Positions 13,645-24,211 of a stretch of 64,000 nucleotides of DNA are shown piece by piece. Under the pieces are notes generated by a model. The model was not told where the DNA came from. It was given only the letters and a program-made list of their open reading frames with translations, and ran no database searches. The stretch is from positions 142,860-206,859 of the forward strand of contig CAVOSB010000029.1 of the NCBI GenBank assembly GCA_963698765.1, given 5' to 3'. A program made the position numbers and the translations under genes. How positions within the stretch are numbered: position 1 is the first letter of the stretch; each line of letters begins with the position of its first letter. Source of the DNA: an uncultured Chloroflexia bacterium (GTDB lineage Bacteria; Chloroflexota; Anaerolineae; Anaerolineales; UBA4823).

Positions 13645-13676
13645 GCGAGGCCATCGGTCGTACTTGATGGCCTCGC
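13645..13676 (-). terminator. Terminator-like hairpin in the rpsL leader
   Basis: Perfect 11-bp stem GCGAGGCCATC/GATGGCCTCGC, 10-nt loop, followed by TTTAT on the minus strand. Confidence 0.5.
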
Positions 13677-13746
13677 CGAACGACTAAAATCACTTTTCCA
13701 GGGCGGGGGTATTGCCGCCCATCTATAATTTAGAGAACGAACTGCG

Positions 13747-13775
13747 ATTGTACCATGCGTAATTTCATCAGTCAA
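13747..13775 (-). promoter_or_regulatory. Sigma70-type promoter of the rpsL operon
   Basis: TTGACT-N17-TACAAT with TG extension. Confidence 0.7.
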
Positions 13776-13797
13776 GGAAAGGTTTATAACTTGGCAC

Positions 13798-16700
13798 TCA
13801 CAGATCTTCACCGATTGAAATCAGACCGGTGCTCATCCGCGGTGGGCGCGCCCGTTCCTCATCTTTTCCAAATTTGATTATTTCACCCGTATCCGTGACC
13901 GCCTCCACAGCCAATCCCAGGCTTTGCAGCTCTTTCACCAGGACACGGAAAGAGGCCGGGATGCTGGGTTCTTCGATTTGCTCTCCCTTGACGATGGCTT
14001 CATATGTCTTAACCCGCCCCTGCACATCGTCCGATTTCACAGTCAGCATCTCTTGTAAAGTATAGGCTGCGCCGTACGCTTCCAAAGCCCACACTTCCAT
14101 TTCACCAAACCGTTGACCGCCAAATTGGGCTTTTCCGCCCAGAGGCTGTTGAGAAACCAGGCTGTAGGGTCCGGTAGACCGGGCGTGTACTTTGTCCTCA
14201 ACCAGGTGATGCAGTTTCAGCATGGTCATCACACCGACTGTAACCGGTTGGTCATACGGCTCACCGGTCTTTCCATCACGCAGGACCTGTTTACCAAGAG
14301 TAGGTAGTGGCCTTCCCGATGACGTCATCACTTCTAGCGCTTTAGAAGAGATTTGCTCTTCGGGGATACCGGCAGTCTCCTCACCTAAATCTTCCAGCCA
14401 CATGCGCAAGCAAACATTCATCGCATTCCGGTCATTTTCTTCTCGCAAGGCGGGAGGTATGAACTTGTCCTCGAACGCCAGGAATTTGTCTGGATCATGA
14501 CCCCGGTCGCGCAGCCATTCGACCAGGTTCGAGCGCTTAGCGTAATTCAAATCTGCTTTCAGATTATATACATCGTAACCGCGCTCACCCAACCAGGCTT
14601 CCAGGTAAAGGTGCCGCACTTCTGAATCATCCTCGATGAACTCCAGGTCATACTCTTGAGCGCGAAGCCACTCCCATGCAGCTTCGGTCGTTTTACTCCA
14701 GGCAAAATCCAGCATCCAGGCACGCGCCAGTTCGGCTTCAATTTCGCTTTCTCGGGCACCGTCAAAGACCGGAGACTTGGCACGAAAACCCAGCCGGCTG
14801 GAAGCCCATCCGAGATGAGTCTCAAGGACCTGGCCGATGTTCATACGGCCCGGAACGCCCAATGGATTGAGGATGATATCCACCGGTGAGCCGTCTTCCA
14901 AGAATGGCATATCCTCAGCTGGTACCACGCGCGAAACAACACCTTTGTTTCCATGTCTACCAGCCATCTTATCGCCCGCGGTGATCTTCCGGCGTTGCGC
15001 CACAGACACGCGCACCATCATATCAACACCCGCTGCCAGGTCTGCATGGTCTTCGCGGGTGAACACCTTCACTTCAACTACTTTCCCTCTCTCACCATGC
15101 GGCATGCGCAGGGATGTATCTTTGACATCCCGCGATTTTTCGCCAAAAATGGCGCGCAGCAGTCGTTCTTCTGGAGTAAGCTCTTTTTCTCCCTTAGGTG
15201 AGATCTTTCCTACCAGGATATCGTTAGGCCCGACCTCAGCCCCTATGCGGATGATACCGTGATCATCCAAATCTTTGATCGCTTCATCGCCGACATTTGG
15301 AATATCACGCGTGATTTCCTCCGGTCCCAGCCGGGTGTCACGCGATTCGATCTCGTACTTTTCGATATGGATGGAGGTGAACAGGTCTTCTTGTACAAGT
15401 CGTTCGGAGATCAAGATAGCATCCTCGAAATTGCCGCCTTCCCAGGAAAGGAATGCCACAACCACATTCTGTCCCAGAGCCAGCTCTCCTCCTTCCGTGG
15501 AAGAAGAATCGGCAACCACGGTCCCTTTCTTCACCAGCTGGCCTTTCACCACAGCAGGTCTTTGATCGATACAAGTGCTTTGATTCGAACGATGATACTT
15601 GCGCAGCGGATAGACCTTCTCGGTTCCGTTTTTGAGGCGGATTACTACTTTCTTCCCGGTGACCGAAACTACTTCACCTTCTTCTTCTGCCACAACCACC
15701 TGCCCCAGTCGATTGCGGCATGGTATTCCATTCCCGTAGATACCTGGGGGATGTCAGGACTCAGCAAAGGTACCGCCTGGGCTTGCATATTAGAGCCCAT
15801 TAACGCCCGGTTGGCATCATCATGCTCCAGGAAAGGAATCAACGCTGCACTGATACCAACCACTTGATGAGGCGCGACATCCATATAATCGATATTCGTT
15901 TGCGCCGAGAAAATGAACGTGGAATGGTAGCGTGAGGAGACTCGAGGGTGGATAAACTCATTATCATCATTCAACGGAGTGTTCGCCTGGGCAATCACAA
16001 ACCTGTCTTCCGTATCTGCCGACAGGTATTCCATTTCACTGGAAACGAATGGGATGAGAGGGACTTCGTTGATCTTTGCCTTCTGGATCGCCTTGATCGT
16101 TTTGGGAGTGAATCTCTCCCCGCTCTGAATAATCACCGTCCCTTTTACAGGATGGGTGATAGTATCGCGCGGCAGCCTGCCTTCCAGGCGATTGTCATCA
16201 GCATTCAGGACTTTTACAACTCTTCGGTAAGGTGTTTCGATAAATCCATATTCGTTACCCGCGCGAAGGATGCCAGCCGTCCGATCAAGCCGATATTCGG
16301 GCCTTCTGGCGTTTCGATCGGGCATATCCGGCCGTAGTGCGAATGGTGAACGTCACGCACATCGAAACCAGCACGTTCTCGCCGCAGACCGCCCGGACCC
16401 AGCGCTGAAAGTGTGCGTTTATGCCTCAGCTCAGCCAGTGGATTGGTCTGGTCCATGAATTGCGATAGCTGGCTCGAGCCAAAGAACTCGCGTAATGCAG
16501 CCACGACCGGGCGAATATTGATTAATGTAATCGGTGAGATTTGATCTTGATCGCGAATCGACATGCGTTCTTTGATCACGCGTTCCATCCGGCGCAGTCC
16601 GATGCGCAGTTTATTCTGTATCAGCTCGCCGACTGTCTTTGCTCGTCGATTCCCCAAGTGATCGATATCATCCGGAGCCTGCACGGAATTATTTATCATA

Positions 16701-17706
16701 ATCATGCGGCGAATCAGGCGTACGATATCCCACTTGGAAACTGTCCTGTGTGTCTTCGGGATATAACTGTGCAGGTCCAATTTCTGGTTTAGCTTGTAGC
16801 GGCCTACTTTTTCCAGGTCGTAGTGACGTTGGTCAAACAACTGTTCTTCTAAAAAATTGCGGGCGTTTTCTAGGGTAGCCGGATCACCAGGTCGCATTCT
16901 TTTGAAGAACTCAAGCAGTGCCGCCTGGGCTATGGTCTGCCCGTGCGAAAGATCCCACTCCGGTTCCTGGTAAAGGGTTGAAGGGATATACATTCTGTCC
17001 GGATTGTTATCGACATCCCCAAATATCTTCAGCAACTCTTCATCGGTGCCTTCGGTTATCGAAGGTGGGGCACCAACCAATCCATCATTCACAGCGCCCA
17101 GCGCCCGCAAGAAAATGGTCACCGGAACCGTTCGTTTACGGTTGAAGCGCAGGGTCAGATAATCGCTCTTGCGGGTTTCGAATTCCATCCAGGCTCCCCG
17201 GTCTGGGATCAACTTGGCCATCGCCAGCGGTCGTCCGGTAGATCGGTCGTATGGAGCTTCAAAATAAACACCGGGCGAGCGGATCAACTGCGAAACCACC
17301 ACCCTTTCTGTACCATTGATGATGAACGTGCCCTTCTCAGTCATTTCTGGGAAATCTCCCAGGAAAATATCTTGTTCGATCGGTTCCGGTACTTCGGATC
17401 CTGCCAGCAATACTCTCACGTAGAGTGGGCAGGCATAAGTCAAATCCCTTTCCACACATTCTTCGATGGAGTGCTTGGGATCCCCAAACCAGAACTTAAG
17501 ATCCTTGGATTTCAGGCGCATTACTCGGGAAATACAGCTTCATCCCCTTGTTGTATGACTTCGATCGGCGAAAGTTCCTGGAATAAATCAGTCAGGCCCT
17601 CTTCTTTCAACCGTTTGAATGAGTCCAGCTGCACCTCGATCAGATTAGGAAGCTGCAGATCTACTTCTATACGCGCGTAGGTTTTACTCGGCAAAAGTCT
17701 TGCCAT
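13798..17706 (-). CDS. rpoB: DNA-directed RNA polymerase subunit beta (three indels, near 17530, 16255, 15705)
   Basis: [43 protein letters not shown] across four consecutive ORFs. Confidence 0.97.
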
Positions 17707-17882
17707 GTGATCACTCCTGAAGTCATGTACAAAGCAATCAATTGGTTATGCAACTGACTTGAATATCTGGTGCGAATAACCCTCTAGGAGAGGTCTTTCC
17801 CTGGTCGAAAACGAGCTTTCAACGCTCGAGCCCGCTTGTTTGGATATAGAACAATTGCACTTATCTCCTTAAGCAAAAGTTC

Positions 17883-17911
17883 ATTATACCGAAATCGATA
17901 ATTTAGGTCAA
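17883..17911 (-). promoter_or_regulatory. Sigma70-type promoter of rpoB
   Basis: TTGACC-N17-TATAAT about 175 nt upstream of the rpoB ATG. Confidence 0.75.
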
Positions 17912-17975
17912 GCAACCAATTGAATTTAGTAAATGAAAACCTGCTAATGTTGTTTCTACTGATACAATCAACATC

Positions 17976-18896
17976 ATGGTAGACCACGATCAAAGTTCTA
18001 CCGGACATCGCTCCGGGTTTGTCGGTGTCCTGGGAAAACCGAATGTCGGAAAATCCACGCTGATTAATACTCTGGTCGGTCATAAGATCGCTGCTGTTTC
18101 CCCGCGCCCGCAAACTACTCGCAAACGACAGATGGGTATCCTGACACTGCCAGAGCCCCCTGCCCAAATCATTTTCATCGATACGCCGGGTTTCCACCAC
18201 CCTCGCTTCAAGCTGGGAGAGCTGATGAACCAGGAGACAGTAGATATCCTGGATGAGAGTGACGCGATCTTGCTGGTCGTCGATGCCAGTAAGCTCCCTG
18301 ATGAAGAAGATCAACTCCTCTTCAATCTATTGAGCCGTTCAAGTCTGCAGCTGCCGGTGCTGCTGGTTCTTAACAAGACTGATCTTGTTCAGAAAGAAGT
18401 GATGGAGAATACCACTACCGAATTCCAGAGTCATCTCTCAAGAGCACTGCCTGTTGCGGTCAGTGCAACCCGAGGGGATGGAATTGGGGAATTAACCCAG
18501 CTCTTGTTGGCAAGATTACCGGAGGGAGAGCCGTATTTTCCTGGTGACCAGCTCACAGACCTTTTCGAAAGGGAGCTTGCTGCTGACCTGATCCGAGAAG
18601 CAGCTTTGAAAATCTTGCGTGATGAAATTCCTCACGGCATCGCAGTTCGCATCGACCAGTATACCGAGCGGGCTTCCAGTGGCGCGTTAATCGAAGCTAC
18701 ACTATTCGTCGAAAGAGAATCACACAAGCCAATTGTCATCGGGCAGGGTGGAAAAATGCTCAAGGCGATTGGTACATCCGCACGAAAAGAAATCGAAAAT
18801 ATGAGTAATCGGAAAGTTTACCTGGCTTTGAATGTGAAAGTGCGCTCAAATTGGCGCAACGACCCTGACGTCCTGCGACGTTTCGGCTACCGATAG
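17976..18896 (+). CDS. era: GTPase Era
   Basis: GKPNVGKST, PQTTR, DTPG, NKTD, KH domain (IVIGQGGKMLKAIG). Confidence 0.96.
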   Translation: MVDHDQSSTGHRSGFVGVLGKPNVGKSTLINTLVGHKIAAVSPRPQTTRKRQMGILTLPEPPAQIIFIDTPGFHHPRFKLGELMNQETVDILDESDAILLVVDASKLPDEEDQLLFNLLSRSSLQLPVLLVLNKTDLVQKEVMENTTTEFQSHLSRALPVAVSATRGDGIGELTQLLLARLPEGEPYFPGDQLTDLFERELAADLIREAALKILRDEIPHGIAVRIDQYTERASSGALIEATLFVERESHKPIVIGQGGKMLKAIGTSARKEIENMSNRKVYLALNVKVRSNWRNDPDVLRRFGYR

Positions 18897-18920
18897 CTGT
18901 ATCGCAAACCTTTCCCCTTA

Positions 18921-20048
18921 TTACTGGCCTGCATCCGGTGGCGGCGAATTTTGCAGCTCGGGTGTCGTGGTTTCGTATTCCTCGGCCTGGGATGGATATT
19001 GACTGGTACCGAAGCGTGTCAGGATCACTGCACCCAAACCTAGCAACCCTACCAGGAACGGTAGCACCCAGCCGACACATGGTACCACTGCGTCAACCGA
19101 ATTCGTGACGATCGTGAGCAGGAACGCTCCCACAGCTGCGGATACTGGCAGCGCCCATTCTTGCCTGAATGCCGAAGCTAGCCGCCTGCCAACTTCCACC
19201 CCCGCCGCGATAATGCCAAAGCACCAGCCGATCAGCAGGATCAGCGTTGCGAGCAGGCTGATCGGGATGCCGATGATTGTGATCCCGATGATAAACAGGA
19301 TTATCGGTGCCACCATGATGGTCAGGCATCCTAACCCTCCTGCAATCATGGGTTGGCCGGAAATCACCTGGCTGACTTTGCGGGTAGAAACCGGTAGAAA
19401 TAAGGTAACCAGAACAGCTAGTGCTGCCCATAGAAACGAGCGCATTAGAATCCAGAACAACTTCCAGATTGGATTTATGCCCAGGTTCATTTCTGGTATA
19501 GCAAGATTATCGGGCAAACCTGGAAGCATCGGTGCCGGTAAACTGAAGCTCTCCTCGCCCTCTATCAAGGATCCGGGCATACGTTCCAGGCTCCCACCGA
19601 GCATGTTCACACTTCCCTTCACGCTCGCGTTCTCACCCAGGTACACCTGCCCTCCCAGGGCCAGGATATCTCCTTCCACCAGGCCATCCGCGCGCAGCGA
19701 ACCACCCAATGCCAGGATATCACCCTGCACTCTGGACCCCGTCTCGAGGGTTGCATTCCCACCCGCGATCACCAGGTCCCCGTTCAGTGTTTCATCCTCA
19801 CCGAGAGTATAGGCACCTCCCAATACCATCCGGCCTTGCCCATCTTGTTGAAAAAAGGTGGCATTGATTTTTTGCGGAAGAACAGAGGATATATCCGTAT
19901 ACTCTGGATTTTGAACCGTCCAGTTCTCCCCCTGTATCCACATGCCTCCGGGTAATTCGATTGCGCTCGCCGTGCTGAAGAAGGAGCCAATCAGGCAAAT
20001 GAAGACAATTATTGAGCGTTTCATAAATAATGCGTTGATTGATTTCAT
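18921..20048 (-). CDS. Membrane protein with bactofilin-like beta-helix repeats and several C-terminal TM helices
   Basis: Repeats GDLVIAGG/GDILALGG/GDILALGG/GSVNMLGG; signal-like N-terminus; hydrophobic C-terminal half; start overlaps the upstream stop. Confidence 0.65.
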   Translation of the reverse strand: MKSINALFMKRSIIVFICLIGSFFSTASAIELPGGMWIQGENWTVQNPEYTDISSVLPQKINATFFQQDGQGRMVLGGAYTLGEDETLNGDLVIAGGNATLETGSRVQGDILALGGSLRADGLVEGDILALGGQVYLGENASVKGSVNMLGGSLERMPGSLIEGEESFSLPAPMLPGLPDNLAIPEMNLGINPIWKLFWILMRSFLWAALAVLVTLFLPVSTRKVSQVISGQPMIAGGLGCLTIMVAPIILFIIGITIIGIPISLLATLILLIGWCFGIIAAGVEVGRRLASAFRQEWALPVSAAVGAFLLTIVTNSVDAVVPCVGWVLPFLVGLLGLGAVILTRFGTSQYPSQAEEYETTTPELQNSPPPDAGQ

Positions 20049-20600
20049 ACCAGGATTCTCCGGGGTTTTATGAGTAGACGAATTGAGACCAGCCACAACA
20101 CAGCCAGCTCGCTGGCAAGCCCGACCAGTAATATCCAGGCTCCCAGCGGTATCACACCGGAAACTGTATTAATGATAAGTCCAACGCTCGTTCGAATGCC
20201 CCCAGCGATGGATAGGAATGAAAAAATACGCGATATCCAGAACCAGGCCACCAGGTCTGGCGTTTTCGCCCAGGGCCAGGCCAGCAGAAACAGGGAACCT
20301 GATAAAACGACGACCGCCCCAAGGCAAAAAGCCAGCACCAGCAGCGCCTGCCTTCCCTGCATCTGCTGGTGGTCTGCTTCCAGGCGCCTCTGCCAGCGGC
20401 TGGTGAATCCTGTTTCTGGCAGGACAATTGGTGAGCGCTCGAAAACCTGGTCAACTTCTCGCCAGGCATTTACAAGCTGCTGGCAAGACTGGCAGCCTTC
20501 CAGGTGCAGATTCAGCTCTGCAAGCTGCTCAGGATCAAGTCTCATAGACTGAGGATCCTGGGAGACAAAAAACAAATCTTCATATTTCCTGTGATTTATG
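20045..20600 (-). CDS. Zinc-finger (ZAS) anti-sigma factor
   Basis: HLEGCQSC (HxxxCxxC) plus TM helices, directly after an ECF sigma; exact start uncertain. Confidence 0.8.
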
Positions 20601-21210
20601 GCGCCATCCTCTCGGGTAATATGGCATCCGGAGACATTGACAAATTCCGTCCACCCGATTTCTTTGACTGTCTTGCCAGCCACGCCTCAGCCATCGTCCT
20701 CCTGGCTCGGTGCAGCCTGCTCTTTACTGCGCTCTCGGTTAATGACAGCGCCCGAGAGATCTCTTCGTATGAAAAGTCGTACCAGTAATACATGACCACC
20801 GCTGCTCGGTCAGTGGGTTCGAGGCTCTGCAAAAGCAGGCGAATACGCTGTTGGTCTTCTTTCATACTCAGGCTCTTCTCGATTCCGGGAGCTAAATCTG
20901 GCAAGTCAGGCACCGGTAAATCCTCGATTGAGACCACCTGAAAACGCCTGCGCCTCACCTGGTCGATACAGTAATGTGCTGCGATGGAGAGTATCCAGGT
21001 TGAAAATGGTCGGTTCAGATCATATCGTCGTATCGACATGTAAGCCCTTAAGAAAGTCTCTTGTGCAGCATCTTCCGCATCCTCAGCATTACCGGAAATC
21101 CGGTAACACAGATTAAAACCGCGCGTTGGTAAGCATCTACAAGCCTCGAGAAAGCTTCTGGATCACCCTGCTGCGCTTAAAATCAGCGTTTCGCGTTCGT
21201 TGTCTTGCAC
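20596..21210 (-). CDS. ECF sigma-70 factor (SigW-like; several 5' indels)
   Basis: GDPEAFSRLV, DAEDAAQETFLRAY, FSTWILSIAAHYCID, SYEEIS...AVKSRLHRAR. Confidence 0.88.
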
Positions 21211-21273
21211 CGGTTTGCTCCTGAGCACTCACAATCCAGTGATGTGGATCTTGTATCGACCTGCTACTACCTA

Positions 21274-21299
21274 TACGTCAAGGACTGCCATTGGTTGCA
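21274..21299 (-). promoter_or_regulatory. Putative ECF autoregulatory promoter
   Basis: TGCAAC-N16-CGTA upstream of the sigma gene; one mismatch to the Bacillus SigW consensus TGAAAC-N16-CGTA. Confidence 0.6.
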
Positions 21300-21325
21300 G
21301 GTCCGGGCACATAAAGGCCTCACTC

Positions 21326-22189
21326 TCAAATCCATGGACGGAATCCTTCACCAAGCGCTTCATGTGCCTGACCAATTACCATAAACGCTTTCGGATCAGC
21401 CTCATGCACGAGCGCCTTGAGCTGTATGACTTCTGACCGGTTGATTACACAGAAAAGGACCTCTCGCTCTCCCCCCGAATATGCACCCTTGCCTTCCAAA
21501 ACCGTCACCCCGCGCTCCATTTCTTTCAATATGTTGTCGACTACAGGCTGAGGATTGGTCGAGATGATGATTGCAGTACGGACAGCATTTGGACCTTCCA
21601 GAATCGCTTCTGCAACTATGCCGCTGATATACAAAACAACCAGTGCATACAGGGCGTTTTCCCAACCAAAGGTGACACCGGCACCGAGTATCACGATTGC
21701 ATCCGTCAGAAAATAACTCTGAGATACTGGAATGCCGCGCTTATGAACCAGTATGCGCGCCAGGATATCGCTGCCTCCGCTGGTCGCACGGCCGCAATAA
21801 ACCAGGCCATAACCTACTCCACTCAAAATACCCCCGTACAAGGTATTCAAAATCATGTCGTCTGTCAGCCCACCTGCAGGCGGGAAAAGTGCCAGCAGCT
21901 CGGTAAAAAGAGAAATCACTGTGACGGCAAACGCTGTCCGGAATGCAAAACCCTTTCCTCCCAGATAACGCCAACCCAGCAGGAACAATGGGATGTTACC
22001 CAGAAAAATCATCAACCCGATTGGCCAGCCAGTGTAGTGGTTGATCAATTGGGATATTCCGCTCACTCCCCCACCTACCAGATCGCCAGGAACCAGGAAA
22101 AACCGGATTGCCAGAGCCTGGGCAATACTACCCAGAATGACAAGCAGGTAGTCTCTAATTCCGGGCCATGAAAACCGCAGCTTGTTCAC
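21326..22189 (-). CDS. YitT family membrane protein
   Basis: GGVSGISQL, NIPLF, SGGSDILA, RGVTVLEGKGAY, DPKAF, GEGF. Confidence 0.9.
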   Translation of the reverse strand: MNKLRFSWPGIRDYLLVILGSIAQALAIRFFLVPGDLVGGGVSGISQLINHYTGWPIGLMIFLGNIPLFLLGWRYLGGKGFAFRTAFAVTVISLFTELLALFPPAGGLTDDMILNTLYGGILSGVGYGLVYCGRATSGGSDILARILVHKRGIPVSQSYFLTDAIVILGAGVTFGWENALYALVVLYISGIVAEAILEGPNAVRTAIIISTNPQPVVDNILKEMERGVTVLEGKGAYSGGEREVLFCVINRSEVIQLKALVHEADPKAFMVIGQAHEALGEGFRPWI

Positions 22190-22213
22190 GTCATTTCACT
22201 TCCTGAAATCTCC

Positions 22214-23115
22214 TCAAGGATCCAACAATTTCACATTCGCCAGTGATTCAATTACCCCAATAACAGCCGAGTTGTCCAGCTCACGCATTCCCATCTCGAG
22301 CATAGCATTGAAAATTTGCGAGTCGAACTCCAGCAGACAGCAGCGGAAGCCCGTATTGGCGAGAAGTATCCATCACGATCGACAAATCCTTGGCCTGCAT
22401 GTAGGCCTTGAAGCCCGGCTGGCGGTTTCCCTGGAACAGTCGCGGAGGTTTCACATCCAGTGTCCAGCATTGCGCTGCGCCTGCGCGTATCGCCTCAATG
22501 ACTTTTTGTGGGTCGGCGCCGGTCTTCTTCGCGAAAATCAGCAATTCGCCCATAGCCACCATTTGCGCAGCCACCATAATCTGGTTGGCGGCTTTTGCGA
22601 TTTGGCCAGCTCCGCTCTCACCGACATGGGTGATGTTTTTCCCCATGGCTTGCAGCGCCGGGCGGGCTTTTTCGAGGGCTTCAATTGAGCCGCCTACCAT
22701 GATAGTTAATGTCCCATCGCGTGCCCCAATATCACCCCCTGAAACGGGTGCATCCAGGCACCGCACCCCAATTACGGCCAGGGAGGCAGAAATCGCGCGA
22801 GCTGCTGCTGGTTTGATGGTCGAATGATCCACGAATACCAGGCCGTCATGTGCACCTTCGATGATACCCTTATCTCCCAGGGCCACCAATTCGACATCTG
22901 GAGTGTCAGGAAGGCAGGTAAAAACCAGATCCGCCTGGCTGGCTGCCTCCGCTGGAGAATTGGCAGCACTGGCTCCTTCCTTTACCAGCTCTTCGACTGC
23001 CCCTCGGCTGCGGTTATGCACGATGAGAGGGAAATCCGGCTTTTTGTAAGTTGCGCGCCATGGACTTACCCATCAGGCCCAGGCCGATAAAACCGAGTTT
23101 CAGTTGTTCTGTCAT
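22214..23115 (-). CDS. NAD(P)-dependent beta-hydroxyacid dehydrogenase (tartronate semialdehyde reductase-like; indels at both ends)
   Basis: GFIGLGLMGKSMARNL, DAPVSGG, GAGQIAKAANQ. Confidence 0.88.
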
Positions 23116-24122
23116 CGGTAGCGCTCCATTATATTCGGCACCAGGTACTCGGCGAATGAACGCTGCAGGTCGTATTCTGGCTGCCACCCCCAATCCCGTC
23201 GAGCGTCATTATCATTCAAACCACTGGGCCAGCTGTCGACAATTCCTTGGCGGTGATGGTCTGGTTGAAAACTGATCTTCGCCTCAGGAAAGTATCTCAA
23301 TACCTGTTCGCGAAATTCAGCTGCCGACAGGCTGAAGCTGGTGACGTTGTAAACCCTGCGGCTCAAATTAGCGGCCGGGGCTTCTGCCAGCTTCAGCAGA
23401 GCTTTGATGGCATCCGGCATCGACATGAAAGGGATGCAGGAATCTGAGCGCACAAAACAGGCATAACTCTCCCCTTTCGCAGCGGCGTGCAGCATCTCCG
23501 GTCCGTAGTCACTGGTGCCGCCGCTTGGGAGCGTAAATGCACTCACCAGTCCAGGAAAACGCAGCGCCCGGAAATCCAGCATCACCGGGCGTTCTGTCGC
23601 CAGCTGCCGGTAATACTGGCTGTAATATATGCCAAGCATCTCGCAGTATAGCTTATTACATCCGTACATGGTGGTTGGATAATTCCACTCCCACTCGCGC
23701 ACCCGGGGATATTCGGCTTTGATCCCCAGGTCCGGCATCCCGTACGCCGCGATAGAGCTGGGAAAGATGAATAACACCGGCTCACCACGCCATTGAGATT
23801 GCTCGGATGCCAATTTTAACAATCCCATGGTTCCTTCAACGTTTACCTTGTGTGCCAGCTCAGGAGTAAATTCCGCACGCGTGGACAGCAAAGCTGCGAG
23901 GTGAAAAATCGTGCTGATTTCATATTCGCTCACCAGGCGGGCCAGGAGCGCCTCATCCATCAAATCCCCCTGGTTGTGGATCACCAGGGGTGTTAATTCG
24001 GCGGATAGCGGCTTCAAATCCAGCGTCACAATCTGAGTAGCCCCTTTTTCTGCCAGGGCTTTTACCAGGGCATCGCCAATTTCTCCTGCCGCTCCAGTGA
24101 TCAAAATCCCTTTTTTGCGCAT
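23112..24122 (-). CDS. NAD-dependent epimerase/SDR, L-threonine 3-dehydrogenase-like
   Basis: ITGAAGEIG, HLAALLS, YGCNK (YxxxK), PSGGTSDY, IVDSWP. Confidence 0.8.
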   Translation of the reverse strand: MRKKGILITGAAGEIGDALVKALAEKGATQIVTLDLKPLSAELTPLVIHNQGDLMDEALLARLVSEYEISTIFHLAALLSTRAEFTPELAHKVNVEGTMGLLKLASEQSQWRGEPVLFIFPSSIAAYGMPDLGIKAEYPRVREWEWNYPTTMYGCNKLYCEMLGIYYSQYYRQLATERPVMLDFRALRFPGLVSAFTLPSGGTSDYGPEMLHAAAKGESYACFVRSDSCIPFMSMPDAIKALLKLAEAPAANLSRRVYNVTSFSLSAAEFREQVLRYFPEAKISFQPDHHRQGIVDSWPSGLNDNDARRDWGWQPEYDLQRSFAEYLVPNIMERYR

Positions 24123-24211
24123 GTTGACTCCTTTATTGATAATTACTTTCCCTCCATCATATTTTACATCACACGAGGATCAGTGCTTCAATTCCATAGT
24201 ATAGTTAGGAA

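Noticed and set aside
14305-14722. Intein in RpoB
   Set aside because: No Cys/Ser start, His-Asn end or LAGLIDADG motifs.
17784-18314. 176-aa minus-strand ORF upstream of rpoB
   Set aside because: Antisense to era and spans the rpoB promoter; no recognisable motif.
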